A stretch of DNA of 64,000 bases from Candidatus Limnocylindria bacterium (lineage in GTDB: Bacteria > Chloroflexota > Limnocylindria > QHBO01): assembly GCA_046715765.1 (NCBI GenBank), contig JBKJYH010000046.1, forward strand, positions 9 through 64,008. The letters are read 5' to 3'. The notes under the pieces were generated by a model. It made no database searches and was not told where the DNA came from. It saw only the letters and a program-made list of their open reading frames with translations. The translations under genes and the position numbers were made by a program. Every line of letters starts with the position of its first letter. Position 1 is the stretch's first letter. Positions 21,195-31,339 of this stretch are shown here, one piece after another.

Positions 21195-21710
21195 ATGGCG
21201 CACATGGTCGCGCGCCGTATCCTCACCGCCGAAGCCTCGATCCTGCGCGAGCGGGCGAAGAAGGTCACCGCCTTCGATGCGGCACTGCACCAGCTTCTGG
21301 ACGACCTGCTCGAGACGATGCGGGAGGCACCCGGCATCGGCATTGCCGCCAACCAGGTGGGGATCGGCCTGCAGGTCGCGGTCATCGAACTCGAAGGCGT
21401 CATCACCGAGCTGATGAATCCCCAGGTCGTGCGGGCTTCGGGCGAGGTAGTCGACTGGGAGGGCTGCCTCTCGATCCCCGGTTTCGTGGCCGAAGTCGGG
21501 CGACACGCCAAGGTCACCGTCAAGGCACGCGATCGCCACGGCAAGGAGTTCCGGGTCAAGGGCGAGGAGCTCTTCGCGCGGGCCCTGCAGCACGAGATCG
21601 ACCACCTGAACGGCAGGCTCTACATCGACTACCTCGAGTCACTCGAGGAGTTGGTCCGCGTCGGCGAGCACCCCGCCGAGGTGGGCGAAGAGGCGGCCGC
21701 GAGCATCTAG
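21195..21710 (+). CDS. def: peptide deformylase
   Basis: GIGIAANQVG, EGCLSIPG and QHEIDHLNG motifs. Confidence 0.9.
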   Translation: MAHMVARRILTAEASILRERAKKVTAFDAALHQLLDDLLETMREAPGIGIAANQVGIGLQVAVIELEGVITELMNPQVVRASGEVVDWEGCLSIPGFVAEVGRHAKVTVKARDRHGKEFRVKGEELFARALQHEIDHLNGRLYIDYLESLEELVRVGEHPAEVGEEAAASI

Positions 21711-22660
21711 TGGCGCGCCTCGGACGGCTCGCCTTCCTCGGCACCGGCGCCTTCGCCGTCCCGCTGCTGTCCCGCATCGCCGATGACTGCGACGCGCTCC
21801 TCGTCATCAGCCAGCCGGATCGACCCGCCGGGCGCGGCCTGCAGCCGCGCTCCTCGCCGATCAGCGAACATGCTCGCGCGATTGGCCTGCGGGTCGAGAC
21901 GCCGCTGCGCCTGCGCTCGGCCGAGGGGCGAGAGGTGATCCACGAATTCGCTCCCGACGGCCTGCTGCTGGCAGCGTACGGCCAGCTGGTGCCCCCGGAC
22001 CTGCTTGCGGTCGCAGTGCGGCCGCCGCTCAACGTCCACCCGTCGCTGCTCCCGCGCCACCGTGGCGCGGCACCGGTTGCGGCCACGATCCTGGCGGGGG
22101 ATCTTGAAGCCGGGGTGAGCCTGATGGTGATGACCGACCACCTCGACGCCGGGCCGATCGTGGCGCAGTGGAAGGTGCCGCTGACCGGCCGTGAGACCAC
22201 GCCACAGCTGGAGGGAGACCTGGCCGCACTGGCCGCAGAACGGGTCCCCGCCGAACTGGCGGCATGGGCCGCAGGCTCGCTCGCCACCGTCCCGCAGGTC
22301 GAGTATCTGGCGACCCTGATCCGCCCGTTCGAGCGCGAGGATGGCTGGATCGACTGGTACGCCACCGCGGACCTGGTCGATCGCCAGGTGCGAGCCCTCC
22401 AGCCGTGGCCGGGCGCCTGGACGATCATCGACGGCCGCCGCCTGCACATCCGGGCAGCCCACCCGGTGGCCGGGGTGGACGATGTCCCGATCGGTGCGCT
22501 GCTGCCGGGGACGTGGCCCCGGGTGGCCTGTGCCCAGGGCGCTCTGGCACTCGACGTGGTGCAGCCCGAGGGCAGGCCGGCGATGCCCGGCGATGCGTGG
22601 CGGCGAGGATTACCCCGCGACCACGTGATCCTGGGAGCACGCGGCACCGAGCTTCGGTAG
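21710..22660 (+). CDS. fmt: methionyl-tRNA formyltransferase
   Basis: Formyltransferase N-terminal domain (LNVHPSLLPRHRGAAP) plus C-terminal domain. Confidence 0.9.
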   Translation: MARLGRLAFLGTGAFAVPLLSRIADDCDALLVISQPDRPAGRGLQPRSSPISEHARAIGLRVETPLRLRSAEGREVIHEFAPDGLLLAAYGQLVPPDLLAVAVRPPLNVHPSLLPRHRGAAPVAATILAGDLEAGVSLMVMTDHLDAGPIVAQWKVPLTGRETTPQLEGDLAALAAERVPAELAAWAAGSLATVPQVEYLATLIRPFEREDGWIDWYATADLVDRQVRALQPWPGAWTIIDGRRLHIRAAHPVAGVDDVPIGALLPGTWPRVACAQGALALDVVQPEGRPAMPGDAWRRGLPRDHVILGARGTELR

Positions 22661-22743
22661 CGTGGTCTTCATCGGGCCTTCACCTGCTCCAGACTGGGCC
22701 GTGGCTATACTCGGCCTGCCCCCCAAAGGAGGTGGGAGCACAC

Positions 22744-23460
22744 ATGAACGGTTTCCTGCCATACGTCCTGCTGGTGATGCTGCCCACGATCGCGCTCACC
22801 GGCTGGGCTGCCTGGCGCGTCCGCTCGACCTACGCCCGCTGGGCACAGGTCGATTCCGGGATCAACTTGCCTGCGTTCGACTTCGCGCGACGCCTGCTCG
22901 ACCGCCAGGGACTGACCGATGTCCGGATCGAGCCCGTGCCCGGCCAGCTCACCGACCACTACGACCCGCGCGGCAAGGTGCTGCGAGTCAGCACCAGCGT
23001 GGCGGACCCGCGACGCCTGGCCGACCAGACCTCGGAGCACCGTCTATCGGTGGCAGCCGCTGCGGTGATTGCGCATGAGGTCGGGCACGCGCTCCAGGAC
23101 AGCCAACGCGAGCCGTGGATGATGGCCCGCCAGGCGATCGTCCCGGTGGCGCAACTCGGCTCGAGCCTCGCGCCATGGCTGATCATCGCCGGAGTCTTTC
23201 TGCAGGCGACCGGACTGGCGATAGCCGGCCTCGTCCTGTTCGCCGGCGCGGTGCTCTTCACCTTCCTGACCCTCCCGGTCGAGATCGGCGCATCTGGCAA
23301 GGCGTTGGCCTTCGTCGGCAGCCTGGGCATGATCGGCGAGCGCCAGGCAGGCGCCCGTGAGGTTCTCAAGGCGGCGGCCTGGACGTACGTCGCGGCAGCC
23401 CTGACCGCCCTCCTGACCTTCCTGTACTACCTGTCGTTGTTTGCCGGACGGCGTGACTGA
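22744..23460 (+). CDS. putative neutral zinc metallopeptidase (Zn_peptidase_2 family membrane protein)
   Basis: HEVGHALQ motif. ATG start 22744 preceded by AAAGGAGGTG; the longer ORF from 22264 overlaps fmt and is rejected. Confidence 0.7.
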   Translation: MNGFLPYVLLVMLPTIALTGWAAWRVRSTYARWAQVDSGINLPAFDFARRLLDRQGLTDVRIEPVPGQLTDHYDPRGKVLRVSTSVADPRRLADQTSEHRLSVAAAAVIAHEVGHALQDSQREPWMMARQAIVPVAQLGSSLAPWLIIAGVFLQATGLAIAGLVLFAGAVLFTFLTLPVEIGASGKALAFVGSLGMIGERQAGAREVLKAAAWTYVAAALTALLTFLYYLSLFAGRRD

Positions 23461-24595
23461 GCTGCCCATCGCCGGGCCGCTCCCGGCGATCAGCGAGGTG
23501 GCGCCGTCCCTGCTCGCCGCGTGGCTGGCTGCCCGCGGCGAGCCGGCCTTTCGGGCCGCCCAGGTGCTGAGCGGGGCCCACCGACCGACCACGACCGGCT
23601 TCTCCGACCTGTCCGACCTGCCAGGCTCGCTGCGCAGCGCCCTCGCGCAGGCATTCCGATTCTCGACCATCACGGCCAGCCACGAACTGGTCACCGGTGA
23701 CCAGCTGACTGCCAAGGCGGTCCACCAACTGGACGACGGGCAACGCATCGAATCGGTCCTGATGCGGGCGCCCGGATCGGGAGGACGCCGTCAACGGACC
23801 ACGATCTGCATCAGTTCGCAGGCCGGCTGCGCGGTGGGCTGTCCGTTCTGCGCCACGGGGCAGGCCGGCTTCGCGCGGCAGTTGACCCCGGGCGAGATCG
23901 TGGACCAGGTGCTGCACTGGCACCGCGCCCCGTGGCAGGCCCTCGGTGCCGATTGGACTCCGACCCAGCGCGCTGGCCACTACAACATCGTGTTCATGGG
24001 GATGGGCGAGCCACTGGCCAACGCGGACCGCGTCTTCCGTGCCATCGAACTCCTCAACGATCGGCGGCGGCTTGGCGTCGGCGCGCGCCACATCACGGTG
24101 AGCACATCGGGGGTGGTGCCGGGAATCGACCGGATGGTGGACGAGCTTCCCCAGGTGAACCTGGCGATCAGCCTGCATGCGGCGGATGACGAACTGCGGG
24201 ATCAACTGGTGCCCATCAACCGAAAGTGGCCGATCGCGGCGGTGGTGGGTGCCGGCCAGCGCTTCGCACGCATCACCCGTCGGCGGGTGACGCTTGAGTA
24301 CGTCTTGATCGACCATCTGAACGACTCGCCCGAGCAGGCGAACCGGCTGGCGGCCCTGGCCCGGGGCTGGCTCAGCCACGTGAACCTGATCCCCCTCAAC
24401 CCGACCCCCGGCTCAGCCTGGTCGGGGACCCCCGCCGCCGGGGTCCGGGCGTTCGCCGACGCGGTGCGGGCTGCCGGCGTCCCGGTGACCGTGCGCGACA
24501 CGCGCGGCCGCGAGATCGAGGCCGCCTGTGGGCAACTGCACGCACAGCTTGCCGGACGCCCGCTGCCGGGTCGCCCACACCTGGTGCCGGCATGA
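23441..24595 (+). CDS. rlmN: 23S rRNA (adenine2503-C2)-methyltransferase, radical SAM
   Basis: CxxxCxxC radical-SAM cluster (GCAVGCPFCATG) and RlmN family features. Confidence 0.85.
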   Translation: MPDGVTELPIAGPLPAISEVAPSLLAAWLAARGEPAFRAAQVLSGAHRPTTTGFSDLSDLPGSLRSALAQAFRFSTITASHELVTGDQLTAKAVHQLDDGQRIESVLMRAPGSGGRRQRTTICISSQAGCAVGCPFCATGQAGFARQLTPGEIVDQVLHWHRAPWQALGADWTPTQRAGHYNIVFMGMGEPLANADRVFRAIELLNDRRRLGVGARHITVSTSGVVPGIDRMVDELPQVNLAISLHAADDELRDQLVPINRKWPIAAVVGAGQRFARITRRRVTLEYVLIDHLNDSPEQANRLAALARGWLSHVNLIPLNPTPGSAWSGTPAAGVRAFADAVRAAGVPVTVRDTRGREIEAACGQLHAQLAGRPLPGRPHLVPA

Positions 24596-25272
24596 CGATC
24601 GGGGCGCCCCACATCAGCGCCAGCCTGCTGACGGCCGATTTCGCGGCGCTGGGGTCCGAGGTCGAGCGCGCCGCGGCCGGCGGGGTCGACTCGATCCACG
24701 TCGACGTGATGGATGGGCACTTCGTGGATGCCATCACCCTCGGGCCGAAACTGGTCCACGACCTCCGCGGACGGAGCCGCCTGCCATTCCACAGTCACCT
24801 GATGGTCAGCCGCCCCCTCGCCCAGGTGGGCGCCTTCGCGGCGGCCGGCAGCGACCTGATCGTCTTCCACCTCGAGGCCGACGACGACCCCGCCGAGGTG
24901 ATCGGCGCCATCCGTGCGGCGGGACGGTCGCCCGGCATCGCCGTCAACCCGGAGACGCCCCCTGAAGCCGTCCTGCCGTGGCTGGGCCTGGTCGACCTTT
25001 TGCTGGTGATGACCGTTCACCCCGGCCGGGGTGGGCAGGCATTCCTGCCCGACGTCCTGCCCAAGTTGGTGGAACTCCGAGCCGCTGCCGACCGTGCCGG
25101 GCTGGCCCTGCCAATCGGTGTCGACGGGGGCGTCGGGTTGCGCACCATCGGCCCTGCCCATCGTGCGGGTGCGGAAGTCCTGGTCAGCGGGTCGGCCCTG
25201 TATCAGCACGTCGGTGACCTGGCGCCGGCCGTGGCGGAGCTTCGCGCAGCAGCCCAGGCCCGCCCCGAATGA
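24592..25272 (+). CDS. rpe: ribulose-phosphate 3-epimerase
   Basis: HVDVMDGHFV... and MTVHPGRGGQ motifs. Confidence 0.9.
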   Translation: MTIGAPHISASLLTADFAALGSEVERAAAGGVDSIHVDVMDGHFVDAITLGPKLVHDLRGRSRLPFHSHLMVSRPLAQVGAFAAAGSDLIVFHLEADDDPAEVIGAIRAAGRSPGIAVNPETPPEAVLPWLGLVDLLLVMTVHPGRGGQAFLPDVLPKLVELRAAADRAGLALPIGVDGGVGLRTIGPAHRAGAEVLVSGSALYQHVGDLAPAVAELRAAAQARPE

Positions 25273-26852
25273 GCGGAGTCAGCCGCGGAGGGCGCGTCGG
25301 GCTCGCCGTACTGGTCCTGGGGCTGGCGGCGTGCGGACCGGTCCTGCCCTCCGGGTCGCCCACCCCGGTGCCTCCTCGCGAGTTCGTGGTGGTGGTCACC
25401 GATCGCGCGACCGGTGCGGCGCTATCGGGGGCGGTGGTGAGTGCCGGCAACCAGCGAGTCGCCACCGATATTGACGGTCGAGCGACGCTGGTGGCTCTGG
25501 GCGGGAGTTTGGTGGCCGTAAGCGCCGATGGCTACGACGATGCCGAGGGGAGCGTGCCCGACAGCGGCGACCTGGCGATCACACTCCGCGACAACGTGGC
25601 CCGCGGCACGATCACCGATCCTGCGGGGCGTCCGCTGGCCGGCGTACGGGTCTTCGTGGAAGGGTTATCGGTTGTTGCGCACAGTGACGAGCAGGGCCGG
25701 TATCGCCTGCCGGGCGTGCCCCCAGCGGGGACCCTCATCTACAAGCGTCCCGGCTACCGGCTGGGCGCCATCCCGATCGAGCCGTCGATGGCGCGAGACG
25801 TCATCCTCCCGCAATTCGAGGCGCGCGCGCTGTACGCGCCATCGGCCGTGTTCGAGGGAGCCGGCCGGCTGGACGAGATGCTGGCCCTGCTGGATCGCAC
25901 GGAGGCCAACGCCCTGGTGATCGACGTCAAGGAGACCAGCGGGAACCTGTACTGGGCCACCGACCTGCCCGAGGCGGTGGCGATCGGGGCGGTCATGGAT
26001 CAACCCCTGTTCGATCTCGAGACCCTGCTACCTGACCTGAAGGCGCGTGGGATCTACACCATCGCCCGGGTGGTGGTGATGAAGGACAACACCATGGGTC
26101 GGGCGCACCCGCAACTCGCGGTCATGAACGCCGTCACCGGGGAGCCCTGGCGTGACTACGGGGGGGGGATCTGGCTGGATCCGTTCAACGCGGGGGTGGC
26201 CGACTACATCGCCGCCCTGGCGGGGGACCTGGCGGCCAAGGGCTTCGACGAGGTGCAACTCGATTACGTCCGGTTCTTCAGCGACGGCGACTACTCGACC
26301 GCCGACACGAACCTGCCGAACACCCAGTCGTTCCGCCTGCCGGCGTTGCGGAGGCTCTTCCGGATCGTCTCCGAGCGGCTGACCGCGACCCGCGCCTTCC
26401 TCGGCGCGGACGTTTTCCCGATCAGTTTCATCGCCACCGACGACCAGGGGATCGGTCAGCGGCCGGAGGTGGTCATGCCCTTCGTGGACTACTTCTGCCC
26501 GATGGTCTACCCGTCGCACTACGGGCCGGGCGTCTTTGGATTCGGCGTGCCGAACGAGTACCCGTACGAGGTCATCGACCGAACGCTGGAGATCATGAAC
26601 GAGCAGAAGGCCGGCCTGGTGACCGTCATCCGGCCCTGGATCCAGGACTTCGGCTACGGCCCGTTCCGGGCATACACCGAGGCCGACGTCCTGGCCGAGA
26701 TGGCGGCAGCCCGGGACAACGGCGCCCAGGGCTGGATGATCTGGAACGCTCGGGCTCGCTTCACGACCTCGGCACTGTCAGGCCCGATCGAGGGTGAGGA
26801 CTCCGCGCCGGTGACCTCCGCCTCGTCGCCAAGCGCCAGTCCGACTCCCTGA
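25269..26852 (+). CDS. secreted lipoprotein: carboxypeptidase-regulatory-like N-terminal domain plus DUF4015-like putative glycoside hydrolase (TIM-barrel) domain
   Basis: Lipobox LAAC; (IDVKETSGNLYW..GIWLDPFN..QLDYVRF) resembles GH-like DUF4015. Confidence 0.55.
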   Translation: MSGVSRGGRVGLAVLVLGLAACGPVLPSGSPTPVPPREFVVVVTDRATGAALSGAVVSAGNQRVATDIDGRATLVALGGSLVAVSADGYDDAEGSVPDSGDLAITLRDNVARGTITDPAGRPLAGVRVFVEGLSVVAHSDEQGRYRLPGVPPAGTLIYKRPGYRLGAIPIEPSMARDVILPQFEARALYAPSAVFEGAGRLDEMLALLDRTEANALVIDVKETSGNLYWATDLPEAVAIGAVMDQPLFDLETLLPDLKARGIYTIARVVVMKDNTMGRAHPQLAVMNAVTGEPWRDYGGGIWLDPFNAGVADYIAALAGDLAAKGFDEVQLDYVRFFSDGDYSTADTNLPNTQSFRLPALRRLFRIVSERLTATRAFLGADVFPISFIATDDQGIGQRPEVVMPFVDYFCPMVYPSHYGPGVFGFGVPNEYPYEVIDRTLEIMNEQKAGLVTVIRPWIQDFGYGPFRAYTEADVLAEMAAARDNGAQGWMIWNARARFTTSALSGPIEGEDSAPVTSASSPSASPTP

Positions 26853-26861
26853 GGACGGCGC

Positions 26862-27326
26862 ATGCGCCTGGTCGTGCAGCGAGTACAACGCGCGGTGGTG
26901 CGCTCCGGGGGCGAGCCACTCGGCACGATCGGCGCTGGCGCGGTGGTGCTGGTCGGGATTGCAGCAACCGATTCCGAGGCACTGGTCGAGCGGGTGGCTG
27001 AGAAGCTGATCGGGCTGCGCTACTTCGAGGATGACGCGGGACGCACCAACCTGTCTATCGCCGAGGTCGGGGGATCCTTTCTGGTGGTGAGCCAGTTCAC
27101 CCTGCTCGCCGAGCTGCGACGTGGCCGGCGTCCTGGGTTCACCGGAGCCGCACCGCCGGAACTGGCAGAGCCCCTGATCCAGTACCTGGTTGCGCTTCTG
27201 CGGGCGACGGGAACCGAGGTCGAAACAGGACGGTTTGGGGCGGAGATGGAAGTCGAACTGGTGAACGACGGGCCGTTCACCCTGCTGATCGATTCGGATC
27301 GGGACCTGGGACCCGGACCGGCCTAG
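26862..27326 (+). CDS. dtd: D-aminoacyl-tRNA deacylase
   Basis: MRLVVQRV..SQFTL..; typical length of about 150 aa. Confidence 0.9.
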   Translation: MRLVVQRVQRAVVRSGGEPLGTIGAGAVVLVGIAATDSEALVERVAEKLIGLRYFEDDAGRTNLSIAEVGGSFLVVSQFTLLAELRRGRRPGFTGAAPPELAEPLIQYLVALLRATGTEVETGRFGAEMEVELVNDGPFTLLIDSDRDLGPGPA

Positions 27327-27538
27327 ACCTTCTCGGCGGTCCGCCGGCAGCGGGAGCAGGCGCGGATCCGAACCGAGGTCCCGTCACGCTGAATCAGGGT
27401 CGGCTGCAGGTTGGGCAGCCAGCGGCGCGCCGCGCGCTTGCGGTTCATCCCGACCGACTGGGGATTCCAGCCGGTGATCGGGCGCTTTCCGCACATCTCG
27501 CACACTTGGGCCACTGACCACATCTCCCGTTTCAGCAA
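27323..27538 (-). CDS. rpmB: 50S ribosomal protein L28
   Basis: VCEMCGKRPITGWNPQSVGMNRKRAARRWLPNLQ. Start may be the second Met (MWSVAQ). Confidence 0.8.
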   Translation of the reverse strand: MLKREMWSVAQVCEMCGKRPITGWNPQSVGMNRKRAARRWLPNLQPTLIQRDGTSVRIRACSRCRRTAEKV

Positions 27539-27601
27539 TGAACCGGCGCGCTCGATCGGCGCCGCCGGAACGGCCGCATCCTAGCACGCTACGATCGGGC
27601 C

Positions 27602-29728
27602 ATGCAATCAGCGCCCGGATCGGGCGGGGGCGCGTCGCGGGGCGTGCGCACTCCGCCACCGCTCAGTTCCGAGGCGCTCGATCTACCTGTCCGGGAGGCG
27701 ATGCCGGACCTGGTCAGGGGGGCTGGCGGGCTGGCGCGGCTCGGCATCGAAACGACCCGCCAGGCGCTCTTCTACCTCCCGTTTCGCTACGACGACTTCA
27801 GCCACGTGCGGCCGCTGGCCGGGCTGCGAGCCGGCGAGAAGCAATCCGCTCGTGCCAGGATCGTTGACGTGCGCATCGAGAAGGGGTTCGGGCGACGGCC
27901 TCAGCGGGTAGTGGTGGAGCTCGCCGACGAGAGCGGCACGGCCGAGGCGATCTGGTTCGGGAGGCGCTTCGTCGAGAATCGGTTGCGGGTGGGGGAGTGG
28001 ATCCTGGTCAGCGGCAAGGTCACGCTGCGCGGCTGGCGGGCCCAGTTCACCGCGCCCGAGTTCTCGCCGGCCGACAGCCAATCGATGCATACGGGGCGGG
28101 TGGTACCTGTCTACCGCCTCGCTGGATCGGTGACCCAGAAGCGGGTCCGGGAAGCCCTGGCCAGGATCCTGGATCGGGCGCTGCCGTTGGTGGAAGATCC
28201 GCTCCTGCCCGAGGAGCGCGCCGGCCTCCCAGCGCTGCCCGACGCCCTCCTGGCTGCGCACTTCCCCGAGGAGGCCGAGGATGTGAGCGCTGCGCTGGAC
28301 CGCCTCGCCCTCGACGAACTGATGGCCCTCCAACTGACCCTCGGCCAGGCAAGGCTGGCACGCGCCGACCAGCGGGCGGCAGGGGTGCCGGTGGATCGCG
28401 AGGAGCACGCGGCGCTGCTGGGCAGCCTGCCCTTCGTGTTGACCGGGGACCAGCAACGAGCGGTGGACGAGATGCTGGCCGACCTGGCCGTCGAGCGCCC
28501 GATGCGTCGCCTGTTGCAGGGGGACGTGGGCAGCGGCAAGACCGCCGTGGCCGCCATCGGGATGGCGGCGGTGGTGCGCGCCGGCTGGCAGGCCGCCCTG
28601 ATGGCGCCGACCGACATCCTTGCCCGCCAGCACCACGCCCAACTGGCCCCACTCCTCGAGCGACTCGGGGTGCGGTCGGTCCTGCTTACCGGATCGGTCT
28701 CCCAGTCCGCGCGTCGCGACGCGCACGGAGCAATCGAGGCGGGGATCGCCGAGGTGGTAGTGGGGACCCAGGCCGTCATCTCCGAGGCGGTGGCGTTTCA
28801 CCGGCTGGCGATGGTGGTAGTGGACGAGCAGCATCGGTTCGGCGTCGCCCAGCGCGCGGCGTTGCAGGCCAAGGGAGGATCACTCGAGCCCCACCTGCTA
28901 GCGCTGACCGCAACCCCAATCCCGCGGACCCTGGCACTCACCTTCTACGCCGACCTCGCGATCAGCACCATCCGCGAGCTACCGCCCGGCCGCCACCCGA
29001 TTCGCACCGAGATCCGCGATCGGTCCGCCATGGATCGAATCGAAGGCTTCCTGGCGACCGAGGTGGCCGCCGGACGTCAGGCCTTCGTGGTAGCCCCCCT
29101 GATCGTGGAGAGCGAGTCGCTCGATGCCGCGGCTGCGGAGAAGGAAGCCCAGCGCCTGGCAAACGCCCTGCCTGCGCTTCGCATCGGGTTGATCCACGGT
29201 CAGATGCGACCCGAACAACGAGACGCGACGATGGGCAGCTTCGCCGCGGGCGAGCTCGACCTCCTGGTCGCCACCACCGTGGTCGAGGTCGGCATCGACG
29301 TGCCGAACGCCTCGGTCATGGTGGTCGAAGACGCAGAGCGCTTCGGGCTGGCCCAGCTGCACCAGCTCCGCGGGCGAGTGGGGCGCGGGGCGCATCGATC
29401 CTTCTGCATCCTGCTCAGCGACGCCACCGATCCGCTCAGCAGGCGCAGGCTCGACGTGGTGGCCGGCTCGTCGGACGGGTTCGACATCGCAGAGCAAGAT
29501 CTCGCCATGCGGGGCGCCGGCAACCTGCTCGGGACGCGTCAGTCGGGCCTGCCGCCGCTACGGGTCGCCTCGCTCTTCGAGCCACGCCACCTGGTCCTCG
29601 CCGAGCGGGCGCGGAAGATCGCCGACCGTCTGCTCGAGGCTGACCCCACCCTTGCCCAGCGGCCGGCGCTGCGCCGCCTGCGAGATGACTTTGCCGCCCA
29701 CGCCGAGGAAGGTGGCGAGGCTTCCTGA
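27602..29728 (+). CDS. recG: ATP-dependent DNA helicase RecG
   Basis: Wedge domain plus helicase motifs (GDVGSGKT, DEQHRFG, TATPIPRT). Start is ambiguous (27602 or an internal Met). Confidence 0.9.
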   Translation: MQSAPGSGGGASRGVRTPPPLSSEALDLPVREAMPDLVRGAGGLARLGIETTRQALFYLPFRYDDFSHVRPLAGLRAGEKQSARARIVDVRIEKGFGRRPQRVVVELADESGTAEAIWFGRRFVENRLRVGEWILVSGKVTLRGWRAQFTAPEFSPADSQSMHTGRVVPVYRLAGSVTQKRVREALARILDRALPLVEDPLLPEERAGLPALPDALLAAHFPEEAEDVSAALDRLALDELMALQLTLGQARLARADQRAAGVPVDREEHAALLGSLPFVLTGDQQRAVDEMLADLAVERPMRRLLQGDVGSGKTAVAAIGMAAVVRAGWQAALMAPTDILARQHHAQLAPLLERLGVRSVLLTGSVSQSARRDAHGAIEAGIAEVVVGTQAVISEAVAFHRLAMVVVDEQHRFGVAQRAALQAKGGSLEPHLLALTATPIPRTLALTFYADLAISTIRELPPGRHPIRTEIRDRSAMDRIEGFLATEVAAGRQAFVVAPLIVESESLDAAAAEKEAQRLANALPALRIGLIHGQMRPEQRDATMGSFAAGELDLLVATTVVEVGIDVPNASVMVVEDAERFGLAQLHQLRGRVGRGAHRSFCILLSDATDPLSRRRLDVVAGSSDGFDIAEQDLAMRGAGNLLGTRQSGLPPLRVASLFEPRHLVLAERARKIADRLLEADPTLAQRPALRRLRDDFAAHAEEGGEAS

Positions 29729-30270
29729 TGCGCGTCATCGCCGGCACCGCGCGCGGCATCCAGCTCCGCGCTCCACGCGGCGACGGCACGCGCCCAATCA
29801 CCGACCGGGTCAAGGAGACGCTCTTCGGGATCCTTGGCGATCGGGTCCTGGACGCGCGGATGTTGGACCTGTACGCGGGAAGCGGATCGATCGGGATCGA
29901 AGCCCTCTCCCGAGGGGCGGCGTGGTGCACCTTCGTCGAGCAGGATCACGCCGCCTCGACCGCTCTTCGCGAGAACCTGCGCCGTGCGGGGCTGGAGGAT
30001 CGGGCGACGCTGCGCACATCCAGCGTGGAGCGCTACCTGGCGGGGTCACCGGCCGGGCTGGCTGACCTGGTCATGCTCGATCCGCCGTATCTGCAGCGTG
30101 CTATCCTCGATCCGCTGACTCGCCTCATTGCGGTGCTGGCGCCGGAGGCCACGGTTGTCGTCAAGCATCACTGGCGGACCGAATTTGACCTGCCGAGCAC
30201 GCTGGTCCGCTGGCGAGAACGCCGCTTCGGTGAGACCGCGCTGACCTTTCTGGAGGTACTCCGCCAATGA
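29728..30270 (+). CDS. rsmD: 16S rRNA (guanine966-N2)-methyltransferase
   Basis: DLYAGSGSIGIEALSRGA SAM motif and DPPY motif. Confidence 0.85.
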   Translation: MRVIAGTARGIQLRAPRGDGTRPITDRVKETLFGILGDRVLDARMLDLYAGSGSIGIEALSRGAAWCTFVEQDHAASTALRENLRRAGLEDRATLRTSSVERYLAGSPAGLADLVMLDPPYLQRAILDPLTRLIAVLAPEATVVVKHHWRTEFDLPSTLVRWRERRFGETALTFLEVLRQ

Positions 30271-30758
30271 CTCGCGTCGCGATCTTCCCTGGGTCCTTCG
30301 ACCCGATGACCAACGCTCACCTCGATGTTGCGCGGCGAGCGGCGTCGCTCTTCGACCGCCTGGTGGTGGGCGTCCTGCACAACCCCAAGAAGGCGCCGAT
30401 GTTCAGCGTGGCGGAGCGGGTGGCGATGATCGGCGAGGCGGTAGCCGACTTCGAGGCGGCCGTGGAGGTCACCGAGTTCGACGGGCTGACGGTGGACCTT
30501 GCCGAGCGAGTGGGGGCCGGATTCATCGTCCGCGGACTGCGTGCGGTGAGCGATTTCGAGGCAGAACTGCAGATGGCGCACACCAACCGCAAGCTCCACG
30601 CCCGGGTTGACACGGTCTTTCTGATGACCACCCTGGAATTCGGTTACCTGTCCAGCTCCCTTGCCAAGGAGGTCGCGCTGTTCGGTGGAGACATCAGCGG
30701 GATGGTGCCTCCAGCGGTTGCGCGGGCGCTGGCGGGCCGCGTCGCCACCGGGGCCTGA
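30267..30758 (+). CDS. coaD: phosphopantetheine adenylyltransferase
   Basis: PGSFDPMTNAHLD.. motif; ATGA overlap with rsmD. Confidence 0.9.
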   Translation: MTRVAIFPGSFDPMTNAHLDVARRAASLFDRLVVGVLHNPKKAPMFSVAERVAMIGEAVADFEAAVEVTEFDGLTVDLAERVGAGFIVRGLRAVSDFEAELQMAHTNRKLHARVDTVFLMTTLEFGYLSSSLAKEVALFGGDISGMVPPAVARALAGRVATGA

Positions 30759-30877
30759 GACAGGGGCGCGGCTATACTTCGGACCGGGCGCTCTGCCCGA
30801 TAGCGCCGGAGGATGAGGCCACGGATATCCTGTTCCTGATCCAGCGACTCGAGTCGCTGATCGCCTCGGGGAAGAAG

Positions 30878-31339
30878 GTGCCCCTCACCAACAGCGTGGC
30901 GCTCGATCAGGCAGCCGTCTTGGACCTGCTCGACCAGATTCGCACCGCCGTTCCGCCCGAGGTCGCTAACGCCCAGCGCCTGCTCGAAGAATCCGGGCGT
31001 GTGACGGACCGGGCACGGGAAGAGGCTGACGTCATCGTCGGACGAGCCCAGGAGCAGGCCGCCAGGATGCTCGAAGATCGCGAGTTGGTCCGTCTCGCGC
31101 AGCAGCGTGCGACCGAACTGATCGACGGCGCCAACGCGGAGGCGGTCGAGATTCGGCGAGGCGCGGATGAGTATGCGGCCGGCGTTCTGATCCGCCTGGA
31201 AGGGGAGTGCATCAAGGCCCTGACCAGCATCAAACGCGGGATCGACATGCTGGACCAGCGCCATCGACCGCAACCGACGGCGTCCGCCTCGGTCGCCGGC
31301 GTCGTGCCGGGTTCGAGCGAGACCGCCTCCCGGGCATGA
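30878..31339 (+). CDS. hypothetical coiled-coil protein (weak DivIVA-like N-terminus)
   Basis: 153-aa ORF from GTG. The in-frame upstream stretch has no start codon. Sits in the conserved yceD-rpmF-plsX neighbourhood. Confidence 0.5.
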   Translation: MPLTNSVALDQAAVLDLLDQIRTAVPPEVANAQRLLEESGRVTDRAREEADVIVGRAQEQAARMLEDRELVRLAQQRATELIDGANAEAVEIRRGADEYAAGVLIRLEGECIKALTSIKRGIDMLDQRHRPQPTASASVAGVVPGSSETASRA

